64,000 nucleotides of DNA, taken from NCBI GenBank assembly GCA_024137785.1, contig JAHRHZ010000271.1, positions 21,431,130-21,495,129 on the forward strand, given 5' to 3'. This stretch comes from Ginglymostoma cirratum (Eukaryota). A model generated the notes under the pieces. It saw only the letters and a program-made list of their open reading frames with translations, was not told the origin of the DNA and did not search any database. Shown piece after piece: positions 13,887 through 25,334 of this stretch (position 1 is its first letter; each line of letters begins with the position of its first letter). The translations under genes and the position numbers were made by a program.

Positions 13887-14105
13887 ATAAAAACAGAAAG
13901 AACTGCGGCTGCTGTAAGGAATTAAAACAGAAATTGCTGGAAAAGCTCAGCAGGTCTGGCAGCATCTGTGAAGAAAATAATCAGAGGTAACATTGGGTCT
14001 AGTGACCCTTCCTCAGAACCTGACCTGAAACATTAACTCTGATTTTTTCTTCACAGATGCTGCTAGACCTGCTGAGATTTTCCAGCAAATTCTGTTTTTG
14101 TTCAG
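13887..14105. mobile_element. Palindromic Penelope pLTR-derived element
   Basis: Inverted arms at about 13917-13994 and 14029-14103. The centre holds split hammerhead-like halves (reverse-complement CTGAGGAAGGGTC, and GACCTGAAAC). Confidence 0.8.
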
Positions 14106-14195
14106 GATTTTCCCCCCAGTTTGATTTCTCATCACCACCTCCACCCCCATAGTTAAATAGCTATGTCCTTTAAGATTCAGCCAGCTTGGTCAGTA

Positions 14196-14550
14196 TCATA
14201 GAATCCCTACAGCGTGGAAGCAGGCCATTTGGCTCATTGAGGCCCCACCGACCCGCCAAAGGGCATCCCATCCAGACCCACCTCCCAACCTTATCCCTGT
14301 AACCCTGCTTTTCCCATGGTTGGTCCACCTAGCCTGCACATCCTTGGACACGATGGGCAATTTAACATGGCCAATCCACCTAACCTGCACAATCTTTGGG
14401 TGGTGGGAGAAAATCACTGCACCAGCCAGAAACACACACAGACTTGGGCAGAATGTGTAAACTCCACATAGACAGTCACCTAAGGCTAGAATCGAACCCG
14501 GGTTCCTGGTGCTGTGAGGCAGCAGTGCAAACCACTGAGCCACCATGCCA
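14196..14550 (-). mobile_element. HE1-type tRNA-derived V-SINE, full length
   Basis: Minus strand has A box TGGCTCAGTGG, B box GGTTCGATTC, V-domain 'gactgtctatgtggagtttacacattct' and a CR1-like tail 'gtagggattctatga'. Flanked by tcagta on both sides. Confidence 0.92.
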
Positions 14551-14749
14551 CTCAGTAGTTGTGCTACTGAGCCACTGTTGATGATGGATATTGAAGTCCT
14601 CACTAAAATTATATTTTGTGTTCTTGCCACCCTCAATACATTCTCCAAAGTGCTATTCAACATGGAGGAGTACTGATTCATCAGCTGGGGGAGGATAGTG
14701 AAAGTTAAATCAACAGGATTTTTCCTTGCCCATGATTGATATCATGACA

Positions 14750-14940
14750 GATTGGAATGGAAATCTCGTCAGAGAGAGAAACAGAACTTCTTCAAGGTGA
14801 ACAGTTCTGAGGAAGGGTCACTGGACACAAAACATTAACTCTGTCTTTTCCTCCACAGATGTTGCCAGACTTGCTGAGCTTTTCCAGCAACTTTATTTTT
14901 GTTCCTGATTCACAGCATCCACAGTTCTTCTGGTTTTTAT
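14750..14940 (+). mobile_element. Penelope pLTR-derived short element with mutated hammerhead core
   Basis: CTGAGGAAGGGTCACTGGACACAAAAC followed by 'cacagatgttgccagacttgctgagcttttccagca'. Confidence 0.75.
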
Positions 14941-15244
14941 TGACATGATGACATGGTGACATTGGACTTCAACATGTCTGGAGCCAATATTAAGGGCACC
15001 CAAGGCAACTTCATCTCTACTGTATATCACTTTTCAACAACCTTTGGTGGAATATCAGTGAGACAAGATGTACCCTAGGATGGTGACAGTGCAATCTGGG
15101 ACATTGCGAGAAATGATTCTGTAAATATTGCTATTTCGGGCTGTTGCTTGACCAGTCCATGGTACAGCTCTGCTAATTTTGGTACTAGTCTCCAGATGCA
15201 ATGTCAACAGGGCTGGACTGGCTGTTTCATTCCTCTTAAACATT

Positions 15245-15540
15245 ATAGCAATTTGATACAGGCGACAGGCTTGCTAGGCCATTTCAAAGTGCAGTAAAGA
15301 ATTAACCGCATTGCTGTGGGTCTGAAGTCACAAGTAGGCCAGAGCAAGTGAGGTCAGCAGATTTCCTTCCACAAAGAATATTTGCAAACCAACTGGATTT
15401 TTATGACAATCAACAATGGCCACCATTACTGACACTAGCTTCCATATTTCTTAATTGAACTTTAGTTCCACCTACTGCCATGGTGGTATTTAAACCTGTG
15501 TTCCCAGAGGATTAGCATGGGCCGCTGGATTATCACTATG
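15245..15540 (-). mobile_element. Shark tRNA-headed SINE (same family as 17930-18275)
   Basis: 'cattgctgtgggtctgaagtcacaagtaggccagagcaagtgaggtcagcagatttccttcc' is shared with 17930-18275. Confidence 0.7.
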
Positions 15541-15674
15541 TGAAAACCTCTTGATAACATTAGTTGTCTCTAAAACTTACAATTTTGTCATACATAAAAT
15601 TACAAACAAATGGCCCATTTTGACATTATAGAAGTTATCAGTGTAAGTAAATGATATTGAAAACTGATTAAAGA

Positions 15675-15982
15675 GAATCATTAGAATCCCTACAGTGTGG
15701 AAACAGGCCCTTTGGCCTGACAAGTCCACACTGACCCTTGGAACATCCCACCCAGACCCATCCCCCCATAACCCACACACCCCTGAACACTGGGCAATTT
15801 AGCATAGCCAATCCACCTAGACTGCACATCTTTGGACTGTGGGAGGAAACCAGAGCACCTGGAGGAAACCCACGCAGACATGAGGAGAATGTGCAAACTC
15901 CACACAGACAGTCACCTGGGGTTGGAATCGAACCTGGGTCCCTGGTGCTGTGAGGCTGCAGTACTAACCACTGAGCCACGCT
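15675..15982 (-). mobile_element. HE1-type V-SINE, full length
   Basis: Minus strand 'gtggctcagtggttagtactgcagcctcacagcaccagggacccaggttcgattcc' with intact A and B boxes, V domain and tail. Confidence 0.93.
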
Positions 15983-16274
15983 GTTTAAGAATGTAGAATA
16001 GTTACTCACATCACAGAAATAATCAAACAATCTTCTTTGATAATTTAATAAAGCTGAAATGGTACTGCATAATACATAAATATATTTGTTACTAATATAT
16101 ACTGATACTATATATGGACTGTACATTTTCAGGGAAACAATTTGAACTTAAAGGTCATCCAAATTTACAATAAGACTATAAGTCTAAACTTATAAAGACT
16201 TTGGAAATAAGCAAGCTAAACATCTAAAAAACAAATTCTATATTGTGTTGCAGTATTTCAGAGACTTTTGTCAA

Positions 16275-16530
16275 AACTGCTGGAGATCTGAGATAAAACC
16301 AGAAAATGATGGATGTGAGTAACAGACCAATCAACAGCTAAAATTAAAGCATAGGCTTGGACTATGGAGGTTTGGAATCTCACTTGATACACAGCTCTCT
16401 CCTCAGTATAAATGGCTAAGTGGATTAGCAATGATTTGTCTCACCCATGAAGCAAATCTCTATCCTCCTGTATTTAGATGCTTGCCAATGTACAAAACAT
16501 TGTCAGTGATTTCTATTTATGTTTCAGGCT
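16275..16530. mobile_element. Old palindromic Penelope-derived element with a duplicated 65-bp centre
   Basis: Left arm 'ctgctggagatctgagataaaaccagaaaatg' and right arm 'agatgcttgcc...tttctatttatgtttcag'. The centre 16370-16434 duplicates 17381-17442. Confidence 0.45.
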
Positions 16531-17380
16531 GTATTTGAAAAAACTTGTATTCAATTTACCTACAAAGACTGAGTGAGTTCAGCACAACTTGGTGGAATAA
16601 CACTCACAGTATCTATTGCAACAGTGATGCTACACCACAACTAATACACGTAGCTTATTAAGAAAAGTATTTTTTTTTGATAAAAATGGTTATTGGGGCT
16701 TAGAGATTGAATTTAATAATGACTAGTCAAATATAACTCTATTATTTTTCGATGTGTATGTGGCAAGGGATATTAAAGGACCAGGCTGATCAGTGTTTTA
16801 ATCTTTGTTGTTTATTGTATGATATCAAGGAGCATATGGTCACCTATTCCTATTAGAATGTGAAGATGAAGTCAATAAATACCATAATTATAAGTTGATT
16901 TGGGAAATGGGGGAAAATTTGAATACAAAATGTTTTTCTGAATTGCACTATTGTAATCTTTCAATTTATCAAATATGTTATTCAAAGGAGGGGATTAAAA
17001 CTGACTTATTTGAACGTCTGTGTACGAATGTATTAATTATTGTTGTTTGTTGGCTGTATAAACAAACTATATTAGAAGCCTACCTTCAAATTTCAACCAT
17101 CGTGTTTGCAAACTCAGATCATTTCTGTCTCTGCACCTGGCACTGCCTAGGGAGTGATCAATTACATTTGTACTCCCTTGATGAATCCAATCCACACTAG
17201 GAGGTACTCAAAACAGATGGTATCTTATTTCTCTTTAATTATTGCTTATCTTTAAAGCTGACAGATTCACTTGATCCACTTTTCTGGAAGTGGAGATTTC
17301 GGTAGGGATTAAGGACCATAGTTCACTATCTTCAGTAACCTTATTACCTTCTAGCAGTTAACCTTACAAATTGCTAGCAA

Positions 17381-17442
17381 GTTTGGAATCTCACTTGATA
17401 CACAGCTCTCTCAGTATAAATAGCTAAGTGGATTAGCAATGA
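17381..17442 (+). repeat. Direct repeat partner of 16370-16434
   Basis: gtttggaatctcacttgatacacagctctc...agtataaat(g/a)gctaagtggattagcaatga is near-identical in both places. Confidence 0.9.
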
Positions 17443-17929
17443 GAAGGATAGGTTTTGTACTCGTTAATACAAGGACCTTTTTTTTTATAACCTCAAGTAT
17501 TCTCCCAACAGCCTACAATGCCAATTGGACTTTAGACTGTTTATCCTCACCAATTCTTGGTTGGTACTTAAAACATCCAAAAACAAATACATAGGCTTTT
17601 AACAGCCTTTTGGTATGAAAGGAACTTTCCAATTATAGATACGGGTTTAAAAAAGGAGCCTTCTTCCTAGCTCTCCCTCATCTTCTGATGGTTTACATTA
17701 CCTTTAACAATCCTTGTATGTAAATATTTAATTGGTTACATGGGTGATTTGCTGGTGGTGGTTTGTAATTAAAAAAAACATCCTTGGTGATTTGGGATGG
17801 GGAAAAAGTTGTGTGCACTTCTGGATATAAAAAATAAACAAAAGGAAAAAAATTAAAAAGAAGCAGTAGTTTCTCAAAATGTAAAAATGACAATTTTAAG
17901 GATTTTATTGGATGAGTGGATCCATGTTT

Positions 17930-18275
17930 TTTTTTTCTTATTCATTCACAGAATGAGGGTGTCACTGGCTAGGCAGCATTTGTTGCCCAAACCTAACTGC
18001 CCAGAGGGCAGTCAAGAGTCAAACACATTGTTGTGGGTCTGGAGTCACATGTAGGCTAGACCAGGTAAGGATGGCAGTTTTCTTCTGTAAAGGACATTAC
18101 TGATACAGATGGGTTTTCCCCCACAGACATCATTAGATTCTTAATTCCAGATATTTACTGAATTCAAATTCTACCATCTGCTATGGCAGGATTTGAACAC
18201 GAGTGCCCAGAATGTTACCTGGGTCACGGGATTAATAGTCCAGGGATAATAGCACTAGGCTATTGCCTCCCCTGC
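17930..18275 (-). mobile_element. Full-length shark tRNA-headed SINE with LINE-derived tail
   Basis: Minus-strand head 'ggggaggcaatagcctagtgctatt...gtgttcaaatcc' (A/B-box-like), then tail '...gccagtgacaccctcattctgtgaatgaataagaaaaaaa'. Confidence 0.8.
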
Positions 18276-19456
18276 TTGACTTTCTGATAGTGAAGTAGTT
18301 CACACCATGTCAGCAATATATCAAACTGCACGCTTAAATTGATCTGAGACAGTGACACACCTGGCAAATGATAATAAAGTCATTGGCCATACCAATACAG
18401 ACAACTGTTGACCTTGTGTGAATTTTCTGCTTAGTTACTGTCCCGTAACCAATACTTTTGACCATGATATAGCTCCTCTGTGACTAAAGAAGACTTTAAT
18501 ATAAGCCAGAAAGAGATAAAAGAAAAGAAGAAAAGCAAAATACTAACCATGAAGCTGAACATCACATGCCCACCTAATATTTTTCTTTTGGGTAGACACT
18601 GTCCAGTGTCTGTCTGAGTCTTTCAGCCCAAAAAGCTCTAAGGTAATTCACAGGTTTTGTGCAGAGATATGTAGAAGCAGGTGGAGATGTCAAGAAGGAC
18701 TCCTGCTCATGGGTTACACATGTTATCCCACATGGTTACTTTCTTCTCAACTTATTCATGAGCAGGCAAACTGCTAAATTGTAGTGGTAGACAAGCAGGA
18801 AGTTCTGTCCTCTGCCAAGACCTTAAAAGTCCCAGCTTCCTGATGCCATAGTGAAAATACACCCAGACAGCACTTCACTCTCTGCAAGCCAAAAACATCA
18901 CTCAGCCCCTGCTCACCGATCACATTCACCTCCAGAGAACTCAAGGATTAGGCAAAATGCAACACCACTATATTGTTCAGGACAAGGTCATATAGCTTGC
19001 CACAATCAACATTATCTGGTCCCTTTAGAATCCTAAAAACAACAATCATGTCATCTCACAACATTCTCTTTTCCTGTGAGAACATCTCCATTTACATAAC
19101 CAGTTCTAACTTCACCTATGATTACCCTCCATTATTTACTTTTGTTTAAAACCATGACCTCTCCATGAATAGCAAACTGTGAGTGGGATTCAGTTTGATT
19201 TTTACTAGCCACTTTCTTCAGTTACGCATTAGTGGAACAAAACAGCCCTCAAGGTACTCCATCTCTATCATCTATCCCTTTGATTAAGGGGTAACAAAAG
19301 CAAATTGTATAGTCTGCTGTTAGTAAATCTAGCCAATTCCAACGCTGTACATTCAAAATGCACTATTCCAAGCCAAACTTTGACAGGCATCATGAAGAAT
19401 AATTACTGTATTTACTTTAACATTTTGTTTCCGAAAGTAATAGCCAAATTCTTATC

Positions 19457-19593
19457 AGAGATAAAAGGTACTGCAGATGCTGGAGAATCCGAGATAACAA
19501 GGCGTGGGGCTGGATGAATACAGCAGGCCAAGCAGCATCATAGGAGCAGGAAAACTTGATGTTTCGGGCCTAGACCCTTCATCAGAAAATCAA
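19457..19593 (-). mobile_element. Short Penelope-derived retroelement with hammerhead ribozyme core and 15-bp TSD
   Basis: agccaaattcttatc at 19442-19456 and 19594-19608. Minus strand reads CTGATGA-A-GGGT-CTAG-GCCC-GAAAC-ATC at 19558-19585. Confidence 0.88.
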
Positions 19594-20129
19594 AGCCAAA
19601 TTCTTATCCTTGTTTCAAAGTCCTCACATCTAATCTCTCAATATATTGCCTAATACCTATTTAGTCTGTTAGTAATATCAATAGAAAATATCTCTGTCTG
19701 CAAATAAGTTAGAATGAGGAATTCTTAGCAAACAAAAACTAGTTGTTTTGTTGTGGACGTTGATCATTTTTCAATCTTTTGGCAAAGTTAAACCTTCTAT
19801 GCATGCAGAATTATGTTTTCAAAGAATCAAAGTAATAGAGTTTCTGTACAGTTGCATTATGTAATTTGCCCAAAATTGCCAAACCATATGTTAAAGATCT
19901 CAGAATTTCAGGTGTTATTTACATTCAGTGCAAATTGTGTCTCTATCTTCTGTTTCACAGTTTTAAAATAAATAACGTTGGAAGACAATCTTGCCCTACA
20001 AAACTGACCACAGCTCTCAACTGAATTGGTCACCTTGGCACCTTTCTGCAGAATTCATCAATAGGCATGTTTTATAAACTTATAATATATTAAATAAACC
20101 AACTGGTAGACCAGCTGTGACAGTCACTC

Positions 20130-21490
20130 GTTAACATGTATGAAATATCCACCTCAGAAATTCCATGTTACTGGTCATGGGTTCTATGGGTCCTTGCGTG
20201 GGTGACAGATCTGATCCTACAGCCACATCTCTGCTCATACCTTTGGTGGGTGTTTCTGGGAGATGGAACTGGTCTTGGTCTTGAAGTCACTGGCATTCCT
20301 TTCTCCGGTTCCTTTTCCGTACATCGTCTTGCCTAAGGGTGTTCTCAAAGAATTATGTCCCTTCATGCAGGAGTTTCCTCCAAATTGGTTTCTTCTCAAT
20401 GAAAGTCTCACACATGAATATCTATGTTGCATGTCTTACAGGAAGTCTTTGAAATGCTTCCTTTGTCCTCTTCTTATTTGATTGCCTTCCTTGGCTGGGT
20501 GAAGTAGATTTGCTTTGGCAATTAGAACTCAGGCATCCTAAGCATGTAGCCTGCCTATTGGTATTGGTTTCAGATGATCATGGCCTCGATGCTGGTGTTG
20601 TTGGCTTTTTCCAAGGAGGCTGATCCTAGTTCGCCTGTCTTCCCAGTTGATGCGGAGAAGTCATCTCAAACAGCATTGATGTACTTCTCAAAGGCCTTGA
20701 GGCAGTGTCTGTGTGTATTTCAAGTTTTGGAGCCATATAGAAGAGTCAGAAGGATGGCTGCCTTATTCATAAGGATTTTGGTATCAGCACAGGTGTCACA
20801 GTTGTCAAAGACTCTCATCCTTAGGTATCTGAAGGTGAAGCATGCAGATTGCATACAATGTTGAATCTCCACATCAGGTAGGGGAAATGTTCCACATTTG
20901 GGAGGATTTCTCTGTTGAACTTAATGGAGGGTGATGAATCACAACTTGGCCTGGGATGAGTTGCTAAAAGACTTGAGTCTCCCTGATGTTGAAGCTGAGC
21001 ACACTCCTCTGATATGTTTGCAGTAAGGAGTTAAACAAGGTTTGAAGATTCTTTCTGAGAACACAGTTTAACATTGCCATCCACATACTAAAGTTCCACA
21101 AGCAAGATTGGTACTGTTTTCTTCTTGGATTTCAACCAGTTGAAGGAAGAGTTTTCAATCCATCCTGTAGACAATGTCCATACCACTGGGAAGCTCGTTC
21201 TTGACAAGATGAAGAATGGAGGTGATGAAGAAGGAGAAAAGAGTGGGACAATGGCTTAGCCCTGCTTCATGCCTGTCTTAACCTCATAGGATTCTGAATA
21301 TTACTGTCAGTGATGACTATCACCTCATATCTTGTCGTGGAAGAGGCAGAGGATATTGATGAATTTCCCTGGGTAGCCGGCCTTTGACAGGGTCATCACA
21401 GCACTTCCAATTGACTGAATCAAAAGCCTTAGTCAGATTAATGAAGGCCATTTGGAGCAGTTGGTGTTGTCCTGGCATTCCTTTTGGAAT
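20130..21490 (-). mobile_element. RTE/BovB-like LINE, decayed RT and C-terminal region
   Basis: Minus-strand 'MAFINLTKAFDSVN' (RT motif) and a remnant of the 'LRMP...LPKQI' motif near 20500-20550. Confidence 0.8.
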
Positions 21491-21899
21491 TACCGAGCAC
21501 TGTCCATAACCCCACAGTTTGGTTGAAAGCACACTAGCTTTTAGGAGGGACTTTTCAGGAAGAAACTGGTAGACTGATGGAATGGTGAATGGTCTTGTTT
21601 AGAATTTAAAATCATTTTCAGTTATTTAAAGCTGGGGTAGAATCTTGTGGAAGAGGCTGCTGTTCTGGCTATCATCTGGATAGCTGGTATTTATTGCCCA
21701 CTTAAAAGATTCAATTGGTGGAAGGGCTGGAAGACCATCCATGAAACTTCTGACCACAGACTTATGGAGGTGCAGGCAGGATGTGGGCTGGGATCCCACC
21801 CACCACTTTTCTGCCATATCTAATGCTCCCTATCACCAAATTCTTCCTTCGATTCTTCTCTTGATTCTACATTCTTCCCTCAGTTACTCATGGGTGGTG

Positions 21900-22190
21900 G
21901 GATAGAAACATCGAAACTAGAAGCAGAAGGAAGGTATTTTGCCCATTCATTATGATCTTGGCTGATCATCCAACTCAATATCTTGTTCCTGCTTTTCCTC
22001 CATATCCTTTAATCTATAGCCCCAAGTGCTATCTTAACTCCTTCTTGAAATTGTACAATATTTTCACCTCATTCTTGTTGTAGCAATTTCCAGAGGCTCA
22101 CTATTCTCTTTGTTTAGAAATTTTTCCTCATCTCAGTCTCACATGATTTACACTGTATTCTTACACTATTATGTCTGGTTCTAGACACCC
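21900..22190 (-). mobile_element. CR1 LINE 3' end
   Basis: 'atagaaacatcgaaactagaagcagaagg...gatcttggctgatc...ttttcctcatctcagtc' matches the reverse-complement CR1 3'UTR seen at 37690 and 58325. Confidence 0.7.
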
Positions 22191-23324
22191 CTGTTAATTT
22201 TTTTTTATTACGAACCCAGATGTGTTGCTGAAACTACATTAGGTTACCACTCTTAAGTACATCAAGAGAATTTTGTTAATGCAAATAAACAATGTTCTGA
22301 TTTTACATTTGTGATTATGTAAATATGTTTGCGTATAACCGCGAACCACAAATTCAATCAAGAAAGTTACAATCCTGAGCACAATTTGTGCCTGGATTGG
22401 TACCTGTGCCCAAAGCAGAAATTCTACCACATGCCATGAGTGTATTCATTTCAATGTTGTTAAAGCAAAAATACGAATGTTGAGTAATTAAACTCTTCCT
22501 ATATGTCCACATGCATGCTGAAGTCAGTTCTCATATAGATCTTTATGTTGCTCCCAAAAAGCCTATAGAGGAAGTCTATTCATTCAAAACTCAGATTCAA
22601 AAGAACTAAGATTGCTATATTTGGATAAACATGTCCCATTGTTAATATCCAATGGCTCAAAATTAAGAATGTCAGAATTTTCTGATTTATGACAATTAGC
22701 AACGTTTAATGAAAGATAACCATCCTATGACATCTTTAGTTTGGATTTTGGTTGACTTTGATCTTTCTTTACATGAGTAAATCATTGGAATCATTTCAAA
22801 GGAAACATTATAAAATGTAATTAACTTCCCTTGAAGGAGTACACTTGTACGTAGTGACTGGATATCGCACCAGTGAATGAATAATCATACAAATTCATTG
22901 ACCTGGATTTTGCAGTCAGCAGCGACTGAACCCACTTTCATTACAGTCACAGCTGTCTGCAGACTTTTTGCGTGCTTTTGTGCAGTAGTTTATTATCTTT
23001 CTGAGTCAGATATACTGTGTCATCTTCAGCAAGTGATCTAGGAACTGTATGAACAGATCAAGCAGCAGCATGTCCCTTCAACTAATCAGATCAACGTATC
23101 CTTCCTGAAGAATCCTCCTAAACCAGGAAGTTTGGGTCGAAACAATGAATGCGACATACTAAGTAAAGAAAGCAAAGTAAAAACAAACATAAAGCAAACA
23201 TTTTCTTTTCACATTTCCAATAATGATTAAAACTATAGGAATAAAACTTCACACTCGGAATGATCAATGTTCAGTCTTAGGTTAAATCTCTGAAACTAAG
23301 AATTCTTGTGAAAAATATGAGGAA

Positions 23325-23485
23325 GTCACTTGCAAGGCCAGCATTTGATTTACACCTCTAAGTGCCCTTGAACAGAATGGCTTGCTTGGCTACTTCAGAG
23401 GATAGTTAAGAGCGAATCACATTGCTGTGGATCTGGAGTCCCATATTGGCAATACTGAGCAAGGATGGCAGATTTCTTTCCCTCG
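23325..23485 (-). mobile_element. Fragment of the shark tRNA-headed SINE
   Basis: 'cacattgctgtggatctggagtccca...aaggatggcagatttctttccct'. Confidence 0.65.
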
Positions 23486-25287
23486 ATCCTCCTGATCACC
23501 AATTCACACTATTATCACACCATTAAGAATTCACACACAATTGAATGCACTAGCTCTTACCTTTTCTAGTGTGATTATTGTGAGTAAATAGTATAATTTC
23601 ATTGCCTTTGTTTGGGTGATTGCCAACTCTTCCAGTGATGTACCGTTGTAGTGAAGTTTGTGAAAGAGCTGAGCAATTTAGAGGCAGCAACTTCCTGACT
23701 TCAGGATTTACTTGCTCATGTGTGGATGCTGAAAGTTGGTGTCCAAAATACTCCTAAATAGTGATTAAAATGATTACTCCTAAATAAATGAGTGCTGATA
23801 CCCTTACAGTGATTCCTATCACAAATACTGCATCATTATATGCACCTTAACACTAATATATGGTGAGTTCTTACTACAATGATGAGTCATTCATCTTTCC
23901 CATTGATCAGCATTTCAAGATGAAGGGGACAAATGCACCACTGTGACCGGATTAAACTGAAAATATACCACAATATGTTATTGCTTCTGTCAAATCACAT
24001 TAATAATATAACTATTAACATAAAAGCCATCACTGGCACAGCCATTAACTCTATGTTACCATAATTCCTCCCAAATATATTTAAAACTAATTATAATAAC
24101 CAACTAAAATATGGATAACTAGTCTAATTTATTGATGATAGGTGAGAATATACTGCTCCAGGAATAAATGTTTTGATAAATTGTTTTGGATATGAGAAGT
24201 TGGTTTGCCAATCCAACTTATGCAGGCAAATTCATTGTTCCAAATAATATTTCAGTGCATTGTAGGATTCAGGTGTAAAACTCAAATAGTAGTAAGTGTG
24301 CTTTGAAACATCTGTCATGCATTCGTAATACACAGTAATGCTCCAGGAAGTTGATTTCTTGAACCTTCAACCTGTGGTGAAACCGTTTCAAAGCATGCAT
24401 ATTGTTTTATGCAAACAGTCAGTCATTCTTATTATTAAGAAATTATATAAAAATAAAACGAAATCCAACAAGTAACTAAATTCCAAGTAATTGGCTTACT
24501 TCCAAAACTGTAGCTTTTGCACCTTTTATACAATAAAGTTCACTGTGGTGTAAAGGTGTGAAATATTTTCGTGTAAAAGTATCATACTGGTAACATGTAC
24601 TTCGAAACATTTACTGCTTTGTCTGCAATTTCAGAACTGATAACATTAGTGCCTGTGGAGGAAAGATGCATTCCACATTAGCTTCAGCATTTACCTTCAC
24701 CTCTGCTTGTCATTTTGACTCGATAGGAGTTTGCTAATGTGACAATACATGTAATTGCACCACACCCCCCCATCTACACTGTCTCATCCAGATTTTAAGA
24801 TCAGAATCTTCATCAATGCAAACATGCAGACCTTGGGCTATACCTTAGAAGTTTCTTTAGGAAGCCGCCCAATGTAATTTACATTACAGCTCTCAAGCTT
24901 CAGTAAAACTCTGCAAGTGCACTGACAGTTTTATTTGTTCATCCTAACACATTTTGGTCAATAATATCTTATTGTTAATCATTACTGTTATTCTAATATC
25001 AAATTAAATACTGACCAATATGTTCAGACTTAAGAAATATTAACTTCAAATATTCAGACAATATGATATCATGAAATATCATTTAGGCCCTGTTTGATCT
25101 ACTCTATAGTGAAAAAATATGTTCAAAAATGTTAACTGCTAAATGGTGATCATTTATCAAATAAAATTTAAACTTTCTCCGCCAAACGTATTCAAGCCAC
25201 GAACTGCTGCACAATGCCTACTGGTTCACTCCAGCAAGCAGGAGAGGATTAGCTCATCCCTCAGCTTCAAAACAATGGACCTTGTAC

Positions 25288-25334
25288 CTATAGCAGACAG
25301 TACAGCAATTGTTCTTCAGTGCAACCCTTTTGTT
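25288..25334 (-). other. Candidate 47-nt exon (unverified)
   Basis: Minus-strand acceptor gtcttgtttttcAG and donor AG|GTacaa. Only one open frame: NKRVALKNNCCTVCY. Confidence 0.2.

Larger units (their letters stand above)
12555..15240 (-). mobile_element. Decayed RTE-X/CR1-like LINE split by three younger insertions
   Basis: ORF 13416-13598 'LKIYLPELAICLAKLFQYSYNIG' (RT N-terminus). APE-like 'LENVLRVARTQNIIL' near 14600-14680. The 3' tail matches 3310-3775. Confidence 0.75.

Noticed and set aside
14196-14681. 161-aa ORF and similar ORFs at 15668-16126 and 59884-60273 as a paralogous protein family
   Set aside because: The similarity (AQW...PHSTR.PGSI...GDCLCGV) is simply translated HE1 SINE sequence.
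15930-15982. tRNA gene
   Set aside because: The A/B boxes belong to a SINE head, there is no complete cloverleaf, and the sequence continues into the V-SINE body.
18560-19020. Possible very old Harbinger transposase fragment
   Set aside because: Resemblance is too weak to call by eye.
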